Shown here: positions 43,057-53,601 of the stretch, piece by piece | How the letters are laid out: the number at the start of each line of letters is the position of its first letter | How positions within the stretch are numbered: position 1 is the first letter of the stretch | Source: Histomonas meleagridis 2922-C6/04-290x | Taxonomy: Eukaryota; Protista; Parabasalia | Assembly (NCBI GenBank): GCA_020184695.1 | Contig: JAANOX010000029.1 | Span: 124,001-188,000 of the forward strand | Direction of reading: 5' to 3' | Length of the DNA: 64,000 nt | Notes under the pieces: generated by a model | What the model saw: the letters and a program-made list of their open reading frames with translations, nothing else | What the model was told of the DNA's origin: nothing | The model's database searches: none | Made by a program: the position numbers and the translations under genes

Positions 43057-43868
43057 TGGATTGAATACAAAAAGTGACAATTCATGAAACTAAAAAATCG
43101 AAAACAGATATCTAATTTTGATAATGCAACTCTTTACGTACATGAAATTTTATTTGTTTTTCAGGTCTATTAATCAAAATCTGATTTTCAGATTTGATTC
43201 AACAATATTGTTTTTTTTTTTTTTATTTTTGCAAAAATGTGATATATGATGATTAGAAAAATGTTTAATTTATACATGAACTTGTTTTTACACAATTTCT
43301 TTTGGTTATTAAAAAAATTGAATAAATTAATTGATCAATTTTTTTTGTAAAGGACTTTATGCAAAAAAGATTTTTCACTGAAGAGTTATGGCAAGTTTGG
43401 ATTTTATCCCATAGATAAAGATTTTTGAATTCTGATAATGCATGTATGATTTTAAACAATTTTGAAGTTTAATGATAAAAAGTTTCTTGCATTTAGTTGG
43501 GCTGTTTATTCATGATTTTACAAGTATAGTCCATGAAGTAATTTTGAAATTAAGAGATCTTTTTTTTATGTTGTTAATAATATATTATATTTCTTTAGTT
43601 TTACACAATGAAAAAATAATGGAAGTTCGTTGTGCAGAATTTTATCTATTAACGACGTAAAGAAAGTGATGGTCTTATTTAATACATAAGCATTGAGTAA
43701 TATGTACAACACATTTGTTTTTAACATTCATGTGCATTTTTCAATAATTAATATTTGCTTGTTTAAAGTCTTATATTTGCGGATATTTTTATTCTTTTTG
43801 GAAGAATACCTTATCACAGTTTTTGAATGATTATTCAATTATTCTTTATTAAATTAACGTTCGACCAT

Positions 43869-45563
43869 ATGTACCTTCGGAAAAAAAGCATTTTTTTTGG
43901 CCAGAAAATAAGATTCATACTAACTTTTATTGTATTCTTCTTTACATCTGAAGTTATTCTTTCTAAATTAATTCCATACCCTCAAAAAATAAAACGGAAA
44001 GAACAAAAAATAATAATTGCACGAAATCGTATTCCTTCAGTTCCATCAATTTGCACAGATATCAATTCCATACTAATCACTGATGATATCATTTCTATAA
44101 CATATCCAGAATTACCAACTCAAAACAAAAATATTTTTAGCTTACATTTCGCTCTAAGAACAACATGGCTTAATCAGCAAATTTTCTTTCCAATTGGTAA
44201 AGGGGAAGTTTTATCAATAGATAATACCACGTATCAACTTCGATTTTTTTTGCCTGTTCTTGATTATTATGAAGGCGAACTTCTTTGTTCATCATCCGGT
44301 ATTAACGTATCTGAGTCATATGAAGATTTTAAGCCATTTATAAATTCTGCTTATAAAGTTCAATTATCAACTACAAGATTTGCTAATTCCACCGAATATT
44401 CACAATTAAAATGTCACCATAAGAATTCATTTTCAAAGCGTTGGTGCGAATATCAAAATTTAATATTTTTTAATAATCATTTTTATTTTTTCTCGCCTGC
44501 CCAATTTCGGTATCCCGAGCCATTTTTAGTACCAGGAGCAAGAGCTCCTCCATTTGACAAAACCATTGATCGTTTTAATTCGGAACCCATTGTTCTTAAT
44601 TTCAAAATTTCACAGTTTCCTACTAACTTCAAAGAAGTCACTGATTTTAGTTACATCTATGGGACATTTCATAACTATTATATGCTCTGGCATTTTCTAT
44701 TTGATTTTAGTATCCCATTATGGAATCATATTCAATTATTAAAGCCGAATGCAACCATGAATAACAGTCAAGTCTTTGTCCGTAATGATGGCGTCTGGCT
44801 ATTTCATTGTGTTGCTAATATTTTCTCACACAAAGGCATCCAAGTGCTGTCGATCGTTAGAGACACACTTTTGTTACGACAAGGAACCGTTGGCATTGAA
44901 AAACTCGAAAAGAACCCCGACCCAAACCGCGATTCCAATCAAATGATTTCATTCAAATATGAAGTTAACCGCCAAAATGCTATCGGCTTTCGTGATGCTG
45001 TTTTAGAGAGTTTGAAATTCCCTTTAAATGCCCGGAAAACTAATGAAAGCAAACTATTAGTGATAATGATAGACAGACAAACTAGTCATCGGCGTATTGT
45101 CAATCAAGATGAAGTTGTGGAATTGATGAGAAATACATGTGATTTTTGTGATGTGCGATGCATAAAATTTGAGAGCTTAAAGGTACAAGAACAAATTAGT
45201 TTGGTTTCAAAGGCTTCTGTACTTGTCGGGCTGCATGGAAGTGGTCTCGCACATGTAATGTGGATGCATGAAAGTACAGATGAATTTCCGACATATATGA
45301 TTGAGGTTTTGCCGTTTGGTTATATTTGCAGAGATTGGTATAAAGTAGCTGCAAATGCTGCTGGCGTGAATTATTATGCGATAATGAATAAGAGGGCGCC
45401 ATCAAACTCTTCTTCGCAATTGATCACTTGTTTTAATTACCCAAAGTTGTGTTCGGAAGTTATATGTCATGATAGTTTGAGAGATCAATGCGTACAGCTG
45501 GAATTAAAGACTTTCAATCAAACTTGGTCAAATATAGTAAGTGAGCTAAGGAAAAAACTTTAA
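43869..45563 (+). CDS. Glycosyltransferase family 61 (EOGT/DUF563-like), type II membrane
   Basis: N-terminal signal anchor; NYYMLWHFLFDF, RRIVNQDEVVE, EQISLVSKASVLVGLHGSGLAHVMWM, IEVLPFG. Confidence 0.85.
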   Translation: MYLRKKSIFFGQKIRFILTFIVFFFTSEVILSKLIPYPQKIKRKEQKIIIARNRIPSVPSICTDINSILITDDIISITYPELPTQNKNIFSLHFALRTTWLNQQIFFPIGKGEVLSIDNTTYQLRFFLPVLDYYEGELLCSSSGINVSESYEDFKPFINSAYKVQLSTTRFANSTEYSQLKCHHKNSFSKRWCEYQNLIFFNNHFYFFSPAQFRYPEPFLVPGARAPPFDKTIDRFNSEPIVLNFKISQFPTNFKEVTDFSYIYGTFHNYYMLWHFLFDFSIPLWNHIQLLKPNATMNNSQVFVRNDGVWLFHCVANIFSHKGIQVLSIVRDTLLLRQGTVGIEKLEKNPDPNRDSNQMISFKYEVNRQNAIGFRDAVLESLKFPLNARKTNESKLLVIMIDRQTSHRRIVNQDEVVELMRNTCDFCDVRCIKFESLKVQEQISLVSKASVLVGLHGSGLAHVMWMHESTDEFPTYMIEVLPFGYICRDWYKVAANAAGVNYYAIMNKRAPSNSSSQLITCFNYPKLCSEVICHDSLRDQCVQLELKTFNQTWSNIVSELRKKL

Positions 45564-45969
45564 ATTATATTGTTTAGTAAAATATTTATGCTTTTATACT
45601 TTGAAATAAGTTTGATTTTACTCAAAAATAATTTGCACATGATATTAAAACGAAATAATTTATATAAATATTTCAACATATTGAACCAATTCTAATAAAA
45701 AATGAAATAATAATCCCCTTTCATTCATTATAAACATCAATCATAAAAACATTTTAATTAATATTTGAAAATACTTATAAAAATCCCTAAGTCTAGTTTT
45801 GAAATTTGTATTCACATTATACTTTTAGTAACAATGTTTTCATATGAAGCAGCCAAACTTTTTTGCTGAAACAAAATTCGTAATTCATTTAAAACCAATA
45901 CCTCTAATAAAAAATATTTTTAACAGTTTCATGCCATTAAATATTATATTTAGAATTCTATCACATTAT

Positions 45970-47136
45970 TTATTGAGATAAACCTTCAGATTCGAACTTC
46001 TGTATTCCGACTTCACGTGATTCTTTTCGTTCTGGGTAGAAAGGGAAAACGGGTTCAGTTTCGTTTCCATGTGCAGGAGACATTGGCAACAAAATTTCGT
46101 TTGGTTTGAGAGGAGTCTTTTGCGCTCTTTCCCAATACATCTTTCTTGTTTCATCGAATCTTTCAATAGCGTCATTTGAAAATGAGAACCTTCCATAGTC
46201 CTTATCAGCCTTACTTTTATCAGCTATTGTATGGAAGAGTTGATATGAAAGAGCTGATTCAGGTCTCTTAATATGTCTCATTGACAACTTATTTGTTATC
46301 CAATCCCAAACAATACATTCTCCATTCGCTAAAATCAATGAAATAAAATGTTCGGCTATAATCGAAATAAGATACATTACCATTGGGATTCGGTTGATAC
46401 AGAAACCGTTAAGATAAATATTTGCCGATAGAACGATAGGCGGTTTTACCGCTGTAAAAGCCATTGATGTGATAACCGATGTGTTCGAAAAGACGTTATG
46501 TTCGGGTGACTCGATAATTACGCGCACAGGTGCGTAAAGAACTATGTCTTTAATAACAACAGTAAATGGAACTCGAAATATAGTGAAGTCACATGAAAGA
46601 GAAATATCATTCGCAAGAACAGTTGCAATTTGAAGTGATAAAGAATTAGGAAATGGTGGTTCTTCTGTGACAGCTTGTAAAAGCTTAGGTGGATTAGAAC
46701 CAAAGGAAATGGCAGTGAAATTGAGATTCTTAACAAAAAATGGTAATAAACCTTGTAATGTAGAACTTGCAATTGGACATAAAAAATCACTGTATGTATC
46801 AGTTATCATTTTGCTATATACGTTCTCAAAGAGAAGATTAGCAAAATGACAACTTTCACCTCCGCTTGCAACAATTGATTCATTAACCCATTTCTTGAAT
46901 TGTTCTCTTCTCTCTTGGTCAATGAGTGGAGCTTTGAATCTACACCATGCTACAGCTATTTCTATAAAGAAGAAAATAAAGAAAGGAAGCTTGACTCCAA
47001 TTGATAAAAAAAGGCAACCCAAGATAAACAATAAAACCCTTAAAAGGAAAAAATTATTGTAAATAAAGTAAACTACCTTTCCAATGCCATAATATTTGAT
47101 TTCAATCTTTATTCTGTCCTTGAGTTCTTTTTCCAT
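45970..47136 (-). CDS. SMP-domain lipid-transfer protein (E-Syt/tricalbin-like, no C2 domain seen)
   Basis: N-terminal hydrophobic hairpin, then ESCHFANLLFENVY and FTAISFGSNPPKL (SMP hallmarks). Start moved to 47136 to remove the overlap with 47190. Confidence 0.7.
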   Translation of the reverse strand: MEKELKDRIKIEIKYYGIGKVVYFIYNNFFLLRVLLFILGCLFLSIGVKLPFFIFFFIEIAVAWCRFKAPLIDQERREQFKKWVNESIVASGGESCHFANLLFENVYSKMITDTYSDFLCPIASSTLQGLLPFFVKNLNFTAISFGSNPPKLLQAVTEEPPFPNSLSLQIATVLANDISLSCDFTIFRVPFTVVIKDIVLYAPVRVIIESPEHNVFSNTSVITSMAFTAVKPPIVLSANIYLNGFCINRIPMVMYLISIIAEHFISLILANGECIVWDWITNKLSMRHIKRPESALSYQLFHTIADKSKADKDYGRFSFSNDAIERFDETRKMYWERAQKTPLKPNEILLPMSPAHGNETEPVFPFYPERKESREVGIQKFESEGLSQ

Positions 47137-47155
47137 TTCGATTTTTGGAACATAC

Positions 47156-47165
47156 GGGGTACCCC
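47156..47165. promoter_or_regulatory. GGGGTACCCC palindrome in a 53-bp divergent promoter
   Basis: Perfect 10-bp palindrome between the starts at 47136 (-) and 47190 (+); it recurs at 51899. Confidence 0.45.
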
Positions 47166-47189
47166 TAACCGCAGTATCGTTCCAAAAAA

Positions 47190-48101
47190 ATGCAAAATTA
47201 TTGGGAATCAATTCGCCCATTAATTTTTCCATCTGATGTTCCTAACATTCATCCATGGATGCAAAAGCTTACCAATATTGTGCTTTTAATACAGCCTTTA
47301 GATATAACTTCAAAATATTTAAAAAACGTTGCAACAGCGATTTTCCAACTAAAAAACGAAGCATATAAAGAAATGGAAAGCAAAATAGATAGGTCAGGTT
47401 CTGTGTATGATCGGCCTGATTATGTTGTGAGAGAATGTCTTCGCTTATCCAAAATTCAATTTCTTTTACAATACTGTCGTCAGGTTTCAAAAGGCTTTAT
47501 GTCTGGTGATTTGGTAATTTCAGATAAAGGGGAGTTAGTGAATCAAAAAACAAAATTTGATCCTTTTATTACATCAACTTTATTGGTTGAAATCCCAACT
47601 TTACTTTGTCTATGTTTCACAGCCAAAGAAACAGTTGGTATTATAAACATTGATGAATTCATGCAATTTTCATCTGAAATCCTTTCGTATATTCAAACCT
47701 GTTCACATCTTTCGATCAACACCACGCCACCACAACTCACCATTTTTTCTGCCCCTTCCTTTATTCTTAATCAATGTCTCCAAAATTTGTTGAGTTTAAA
47801 CACTGAACTATTTTTTGTCGAATTTTCAGAAAAATCGATTTTTAAGCTCCTTACACAAACAGCTGTACGCTCGTCAAGAGAAAACCAGTCAATTCTCTTC
47901 GATAATACCATTGAATGCATGTGCTCTTTCATTCAAGCTTCGCAAAGCGAACCTGAAAGAAAACATTTAATTGAAGATAATGAGTTCGTAAATGCATATA
48001 AAACACTTGTGAACGAAGTGATAAACCCATTGTTAAAGACTCACCCTGAAATGAGAAGTAAGTTTAGGTCAATTCTGTTCTATTCGAGATCTTTGAGATG
48101 A
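47190..48101 (+). CDS. Hypothetical helical protein
   Basis: 303-aa ATG-initiated ORF; no family recognised. Confidence 0.75.
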   Translation: MQNYWESIRPLIFPSDVPNIHPWMQKLTNIVLLIQPLDITSKYLKNVATAIFQLKNEAYKEMESKIDRSGSVYDRPDYVVRECLRLSKIQFLLQYCRQVSKGFMSGDLVISDKGELVNQKTKFDPFITSTLLVEIPTLLCLCFTAKETVGIINIDEFMQFSSEILSYIQTCSHLSINTTPPQLTIFSAPSFILNQCLQNLLSLNTELFFVEFSEKSIFKLLTQTAVRSSRENQSILFDNTIECMCSFIQASQSEPERKHLIEDNEFVNAYKTLVNEVINPLLKTHPEMRSKFRSILFYSRSLR

Positions 48102-48570
48102 ATTTTCTTGTTTTTAAACATTAAATTTAAGTATGTTTTTTTTCCAAAAAATTTGAAAAATACTGTTTTCCAATTCGGTACTATAAATTTTATAACATTA
48201 CTTGTGTGAACATGCCAGAACCACATGATCAATCTTTGTGATACATAATAAAAAAAATTTTGGGAAGTCATTTTTTCTTAAGAAAACTTTTTCATAATTT
48301 TATGATCGTTTCTGTGCACAATTTGATTTTATCGTTCTTATCGCACGGTAGAATGAATTTAGTATTAAGATATTAATACCATACTAAATGAATAAGTTTT
48401 AATAATCATTTTATTAACGCCATTCTTCGATTGAAGTTCCCTTTCCTAAAATGTTATTATTTCCCGGGAATTCTTATTTTTTATTGGAAAAAATAAACGT
48501 ATATCGGCCATGAAAATAACCGTCAGTGGCATTGAAAAAACCTCAAAAATGCCTACGTTTAATTTCAGAA

Positions 48571-49494
48571 ATGAAAATAACAAGATATGAAAAACATCAA
48601 AAATTAGGCGAAGGATCCTATGGTGTTGTATATAAAGCAATAGATAAAGTCACGAATGAAATAGTAGCACTAAAAATTTTGAAATTGGAAAACATTGAAA
48701 AAGATGGCATTCCGTCTAATCTTCTAAGAGAGATATCAATACTCAAATCACTCTCACACATAAATGTCATATCTTTACGTGATGTTTGCACATCAACAGT
48801 GCCGATATATCTTGCATTTGAATATGTTGATATAGATTTAGCACGTTTAATGAATTTAAAAACACATCAATTTCGACCAAGCCTCATCAAATCATATGCA
48901 TTCCAGATGCTCGCAGGTGTGTACTATCTTCACTCACACAGAATCATTCATCGCGATATAAAACCCGAAAATATTTTAGTTTCAAAAAATGGAATTTTAA
49001 AAATTTGTGATTTCGGAATGGCGCGATACTTTGCGGTCCCAATGCGGCTATACACTAAAGGGGTTGTAACGCCATGGTACAAAGCACCAGAACTAATACT
49101 TGGAAGTTTTTATGAATTGTCAATTGATATTTGGAGTATTGGTTGTATATTGTATGAAATGATAACCTATTCGCCGCTTTTTGCTGGCGATAGCCAGTTG
49201 GACCAAATGGTAAGAATATTGAAGGTCCTAGGAACTCCAACTGAAGAAGAATCTCCTGGATTTAGAGAAAAATTCATGAGGACATATAACGTAGAATTGC
49301 CTCATTACGAAGGAAGCAACTTAGCAGCAATGATGAGTGGTGCTGATCCTTTGTTAATCGACTTAGTTTTGAGAATGCTAAGATTTGACCCAATGAAAAG
49401 AATATCAGCAAAAGAGGCGCTTAACCATCCGTACTTTGATGGTATTATCCCGGAAATGAGGAGAATTTGTTTGGGAACAGAAGCGAAATTATAA
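48571..49494 (+). CDS. Cyclin-dependent kinase (cdc2-related)
   Basis: GEGSYGVVYKA, VALK, PSNLLRE (PSTAIRE variant), HRDIKPEN, DFG, YTKGVVTPWYKAPE. Confidence 0.95.
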   Translation: MKITRYEKHQKLGEGSYGVVYKAIDKVTNEIVALKILKLENIEKDGIPSNLLREISILKSLSHINVISLRDVCTSTVPIYLAFEYVDIDLARLMNLKTHQFRPSLIKSYAFQMLAGVYYLHSHRIIHRDIKPENILVSKNGILKICDFGMARYFAVPMRLYTKGVVTPWYKAPELILGSFYELSIDIWSIGCILYEMITYSPLFAGDSQLDQMVRILKVLGTPTEEESPGFREKFMRTYNVELPHYEGSNLAAMMSGADPLLIDLVLRMLRFDPMKRISAKEALNHPYFDGIIPEMRRICLGTEAKL

Positions 49495-49571
49495 AGAAAT
49501 AGATTTGTTTTGTTTATTTGTGTTTGAACTGAACGATAGACAATTCTGATTGTAAACATTCAAAAAGTTTT

Positions 49572-50090
49572 CTATTCAAAAAATGCCTTCGATATAACAT
49601 CAATTGGTTCCGAAAAAATAGCTTTGTTTCGCTTTTCATTGAACTTATTTCGAGCTCTACTCATTCGCATGTTATTGATTGGTGAAAGAACAAAACCAAC
49701 AACATTATTGAATATAGACATTGTTACGGATTGCATAGCACCACTGAATGCACCAGTAGCAATACCATTTAAACCATTTCGAACCTCCATAAGAGCACCT
49801 GTTGCTGCACCGCTAACCACACTTCTGAGCCATGGAGTTTGAATATGTGGTGCAATGTATGGTTCAATTGTCGAACTTACTATTGACCACTTAGCCATTT
49901 CAATTCCATTGTTAAAAGAGTTGTATCCAAGGTCAGAAATAAATCCTTGTAATTTTTTGCCTGGTGGATTATTCATGAGAGAATGATAAGCTGATGATGC
50001 AGCTGTCAAGCCTTGTCCTACGATGAAACCATTTCCAACGGAATGGAAAAATTCATTTGAAAAATGTGGAAGAAAGTTGTTGTTGAACAT
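49572..50090 (-). CDS. Tim17/Tim22/Tim23 (PRAT) family protein, probably hydrogenosomal
   Basis: Gly-zipper TM segments and WLRSVVSGAATGALMEVRNGLNGIATGAFSG, resembling the Tim17 NSIxSGAxTGAxLxxRxG signature. Confidence 0.75.
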   Translation of the reverse strand: MFNNNFLPHFSNEFFHSVGNGFIVGQGLTAASSAYHSLMNNPPGKKLQGFISDLGYNSFNNGIEMAKWSIVSSTIEPYIAPHIQTPWLRSVVSGAATGALMEVRNGLNGIATGAFSGAMQSVTMSIFNNVVGFVLSPINNMRMSRARNKFNEKRNKAIFSEPIDVISKAFFE

Positions 50091-50214
50091 TGAAATTGGT
50101 CGATTTTAGAGTTAACGTTCGATTCAGTCTAAATGTTAACGGTCGCATAAATGGCAAAAAGATTTTTATTCAAAAAGTGATATCCTCAATTTTTTCATGC
50201 AAAAAGTTTAACAT

Positions 50215-50886
50215 ATGTCCCAATCGTCTGCATCAGATTTTGCAAAAATTCTAGAAGAACTTACAGACAAACGAAATAAGCTTGCTGAGCGACTTAAAGA
50301 CCAAAGTGAACAACTAGAAAATATTCGTAAAAAGAAAGTCGCAATACAGAATTTATTTGATAATCTAAAAAAATCACAAAGAGAGCAAATGCTTAAACTT
50401 GAAGAGCTGACAAATGTGGAAAGTCAAAAAATGAAAGAAACAAAAGAAAAATTTTCAAATGTAATCTCTATTCTGAAAAATGAAATTTTTACATATCAAG
50501 GACCACTTAATGAAGAAAAAGCTAATTACCAAATGGTTGCAGAACGTTTGAATTTTGTTGTTGAAAGAAGTGAAGAACATAAAGCTAATATTTCAAGAAG
50601 AATATCTCAAAACAGATACCAATTAAATTTGGTTAAAGCTAAGATGAGAGAAACAAATCAAAGGATAGTTGCTCTTCGGTCATATTTACAGGAAAGTAAT
50701 CCTGAATTAACAAATGAAGAAATTTCCAATGCTAACACTCTTGAAGCAATTAAATTAAGTAATAGAAAACTTCTAGTAGAAACTGATGAAAAACAAAAAG
50801 AAGTTAATAAGCTTGAAAAAATATGTCGCCAACTAACAGATCAGAAAAAATTATTAGAAGATCAAATCAAAATGCGGCACCAATAA
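50215..50886 (+). CDS. Coiled-coil hypothetical protein
   Basis: 223-aa ORF rich in heptad-like E/K/Q/L. Confidence 0.75.
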   Translation: MSQSSASDFAKILEELTDKRNKLAERLKDQSEQLENIRKKKVAIQNLFDNLKKSQREQMLKLEELTNVESQKMKETKEKFSNVISILKNEIFTYQGPLNEEKANYQMVAERLNFVVERSEEHKANISRRISQNRYQLNLVKAKMRETNQRIVALRSYLQESNPELTNEEISNANTLEAIKLSNRKLLVETDEKQKEVNKLEKICRQLTDQKKLLEDQIKMRHQ

Positions 50887-51133
50887 AGCCAACTTTTGGG
50901 TTGTTTAAAGGACATTATTTTCATGTTACTATATATATTTCCAATGTTGGGAATAGGAACTGCCGATACCAATTTTTTGTGTTTCTTTGTTCGAACACAG
51001 ATTCTGAATTAATAAACTATTGAATTATCTACTTTTGAGCTAAAGACAACGAATTGATTGGGGCACCCTATTGTGATATGTCATTTTGCGGCGGTTTACA
51101 ATGGGCGTTTTTGACGGTTTTCACTTTTCAGAA

Positions 51134-51691
51134 ATGGAAGATATTTTGTCTGGAGGAGGAGCCAAATCTATTCCAAGCAATGGACCAACCGACGACCTTT
51201 TTGGTGGTTCAAATGGTGGGGCCTCAAATGATGATATTTTTTCTGGAAATCCAAGTACAAATGTTGACGATATGCTTGCAGGAACAAATGTGGATGATAT
51301 GCTTGCTGGTTCAGACGATGATGATCTTTTTGCTCAGACACCAGAGCCACAGCAACCCCAAGAAGAAGAAAAATCATCTGCATTAGTTGAATGGGAAAAG
51401 GAGAAACAAATAGAAATTCAACAGCTTGATGCCAAAAATGACGCTGCTGATGAAGAAATGAAAAATAAGGCTAAAGAAATCCTTGCTAACTATCATTCCA
51501 AATTATCTGAAGCACAAGAGAAAAGAGCCAAAAATAATCTTGAAGTTGATCAACAATTCATGAGCGACCTTGAAAACGAGCCAAGCAACAAATGGGAAAA
51601 AGTTGTTAGCTTCATCGATTTCAATAGGTCAGATCTCCATCAAAGAGATGTTTCCAAAATGAAAACACTTCTTTTACAACTTAAACAATAA
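51134..51691 (+). CDS. CLC: Clathrin light chain
   Basis: Acidic DDLF repeats, ALVEWEKE, KNN, WEKVVSFIDF, DVSKMKTLLLQLK. GACGGTTT (M3-like) and TCACT (Inr) lie directly upstream of ATG 51134. Confidence 0.9.
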   Translation: MEDILSGGGAKSIPSNGPTDDLFGGSNGGASNDDIFSGNPSTNVDDMLAGTNVDDMLAGSDDDDLFAQTPEPQQPQEEEKSSALVEWEKEKQIEIQQLDAKNDAADEEMKNKAKEILANYHSKLSEAQEKRAKNNLEVDQQFMSDLENEPSNKWEKVVSFIDFNRSDLHQRDVSKMKTLLLQLKQ

Positions 51692-51898
51692 AACCAAAAT
51701 TTGAGATTCTTTATTATTTCAACTTTTTATGACAAATATATATCAATTCTTTCTTTCAAACAAACGATATATCAAATCTTTCGAACATTGTTAAAGATCA
51801 GTACACTACAATGGAATAATATTCTGTTTTTAATAATAAACACCCAGATGTAATTGTTGACAAAATATAAAATCTCACAATTTTTGATGACTAAAAAT

Positions 51899-51908
51899 GG
51901 GGTACCCC
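51899..51908. promoter_or_regulatory. GGGGTACCCC palindrome upstream of 51958
   Basis: Second exact copy, about 50 nt upstream of the ATG. Confidence 0.45.
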
Positions 51909-51957
51909 TTTCTATCGTTTCCCCCTAATTTATTTCGAGACAACATTTTTTTCTTGA

Positions 51958-53601
51958 ATGCCAAAAACGACAAAAGTTGTCGAATTGTTTTCGGCAATAG
52001 AGAAATTTTTAGGTGATAATGGAGCAGGAGATCGAAAAGGGAATTTGTTGATTACTTTATGGAGAATTCAAGGTGAAATTTTATCAATGATTCGTAAATC
52101 ACCAAATTCATTTTCACCATCAGCACTCCTCGGCAAGTGGGAACAATTTAAAAAGCAGGTTCAAAAAACTTTAGGAAATTTAGACCAAAATAAATCTGTA
52201 AATCAATTATTTACAGATCTACAAAGAATCATCTCAAGTACTCATGATAAAGCGCCAACTCTTCCTAATATTAAATCAAAACATAACAATTCTTATATCG
52301 GAATTAAAAAAACTGTAAATGAAATCCAAAAAATGAGCACTTCAAGAAACAGCGGGAATACGCAATTGCTGATAGATAAATTGAAAAAATTCTATGATGA
52401 TATTCCAAATACATACTCATTATTTTTTCAGACCACTAGTTTAACTCGAGCTGAAAAAACTCAGGCACAGAACAATGTTAAAAGTATAGTATCTCAACTT
52501 ATCAAAGTATTAGAATCACCACAATCTGAGATTTCTGAAATTACAATTCCTTCTGAATTTGATCAAATTTCAGATATAATTAAATCAGAAGAATCTAATA
52601 AGCGTTTAGTTTCACCACGTCCTCAAACTCCACCACCTATTTCTTCTTTATCCACAATTCCAAATTCCGAAAGACCAAAACGTAAAAACCTAAAATCCTC
52701 AACCAAAGTTCTTTCTACACAATCCCGAACACCACCAGCGCATACTCAAAACTCCAAACGAAAGGGTTCAATTATCTCATCAGCAATTCAATTAAACATA
52801 CCCAAAACTAACAGTGCTATATTTCAAGAGAATATGTTACTTAAGAAGCCATGTTCACCATCACTCGAGAAGTTTCAACATGAGTTAAATTCCATCGAGA
52901 AAAAAGACGATAAAAACCACATCAAATACGATATCAACGCTCTATTGAAATCTATTGAATCCGATCTTCCACTTTTTGATAGCATTATATCTCTCAAAGA
53001 AAAAATTGATTTTTATAATAAAGAAATTGATTTATCCAAAAATGAGTTTCCTTTGGAAATGCAACTTATAGAGATCGAGGAAAGCATCTTAGAAATCACT
53101 AAAATGAATGAAACTGAGAAAAAAATTTATGAAACATCAAAATCCTTAAAAGCGATTAATAAAGAATTTGAAGGAAATAAATTCGAAGAAATCGACATCA
53201 AAAAATGTTGTGATTCGATATCTCAAATAATTAATGAAGTTTCATTATTTCAACCAGAAAATGTTTCAGATTTGGACGAATTCATTTCGACATTAAAATA
53301 TTTCGAAAGAGAACAAAAAAGAAATAATGAAATGACATTAATATTAAACGAGAACAAAATGTTAAAACAAGACATAAAAAGAATAAATGAAAGTATTACA
53401 AATATAAACAATGAAAATGAACTAATTGTTGAACTTGAAAATGTTCAAAAGAAACTTTTGAATTATAATAAATGTTTTGATGAGCTCCAAAACAAGGAAA
53501 CAATTGTTTTGGATGGGAAAAATGAAAATAGAGAAAGTTTGAATAAAATAATACATCAGCTTATACAGAAGGAAATGAAAATCCTCAAAGACCTGAGTTA
53601 A
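51958..53601 (+). CDS. Hypothetical protein with an S/P/T-rich linker and C-terminal coiled coil
   Basis: 547-aa ORF; no family recognised. Confidence 0.75.
   Translation: MPKTTKVVELFSAIEKFLGDNGAGDRKGNLLITLWRIQGEILSMIRKSPNSFSPSALLGKWEQFKKQVQKTLGNLDQNKSVNQLFTDLQRIISSTHDKAPTLPNIKSKHNNSYIGIKKTVNEIQKMSTSRNSGNTQLLIDKLKKFYDDIPNTYSLFFQTTSLTRAEKTQAQNNVKSIVSQLIKVLESPQSEISEITIPSEFDQISDIIKSEESNKRLVSPRPQTPPPISSLSTIPNSERPKRKNLKSSTKVLSTQSRTPPAHTQNSKRKGSIISSAIQLNIPKTNSAIFQENMLLKKPCSPSLEKFQHELNSIEKKDDKNHIKYDINALLKSIESDLPLFDSIISLKEKIDFYNKEIDLSKNEFPLEMQLIEIEESILEITKMNETEKKIYETSKSLKAINKEFEGNKFEEIDIKKCCDSISQIINEVSLFQPENVSDLDEFISTLKYFEREQKRNNEMTLILNENKMLKQDIKRINESITNINNENELIVELENVQKKLLNYNKCFDELQNKETIVLDGKNENRESLNKIIHQLIQKEMKILKDLS

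Noticed and set aside
47137-47232. Apparent 5' overlap of ORFs 45970-47232 (-) and 47190-48101 (+)
   Set aside because: It disappears when the minus-strand gene starts at ATG 47136; the extension covers the promoter palindrome.
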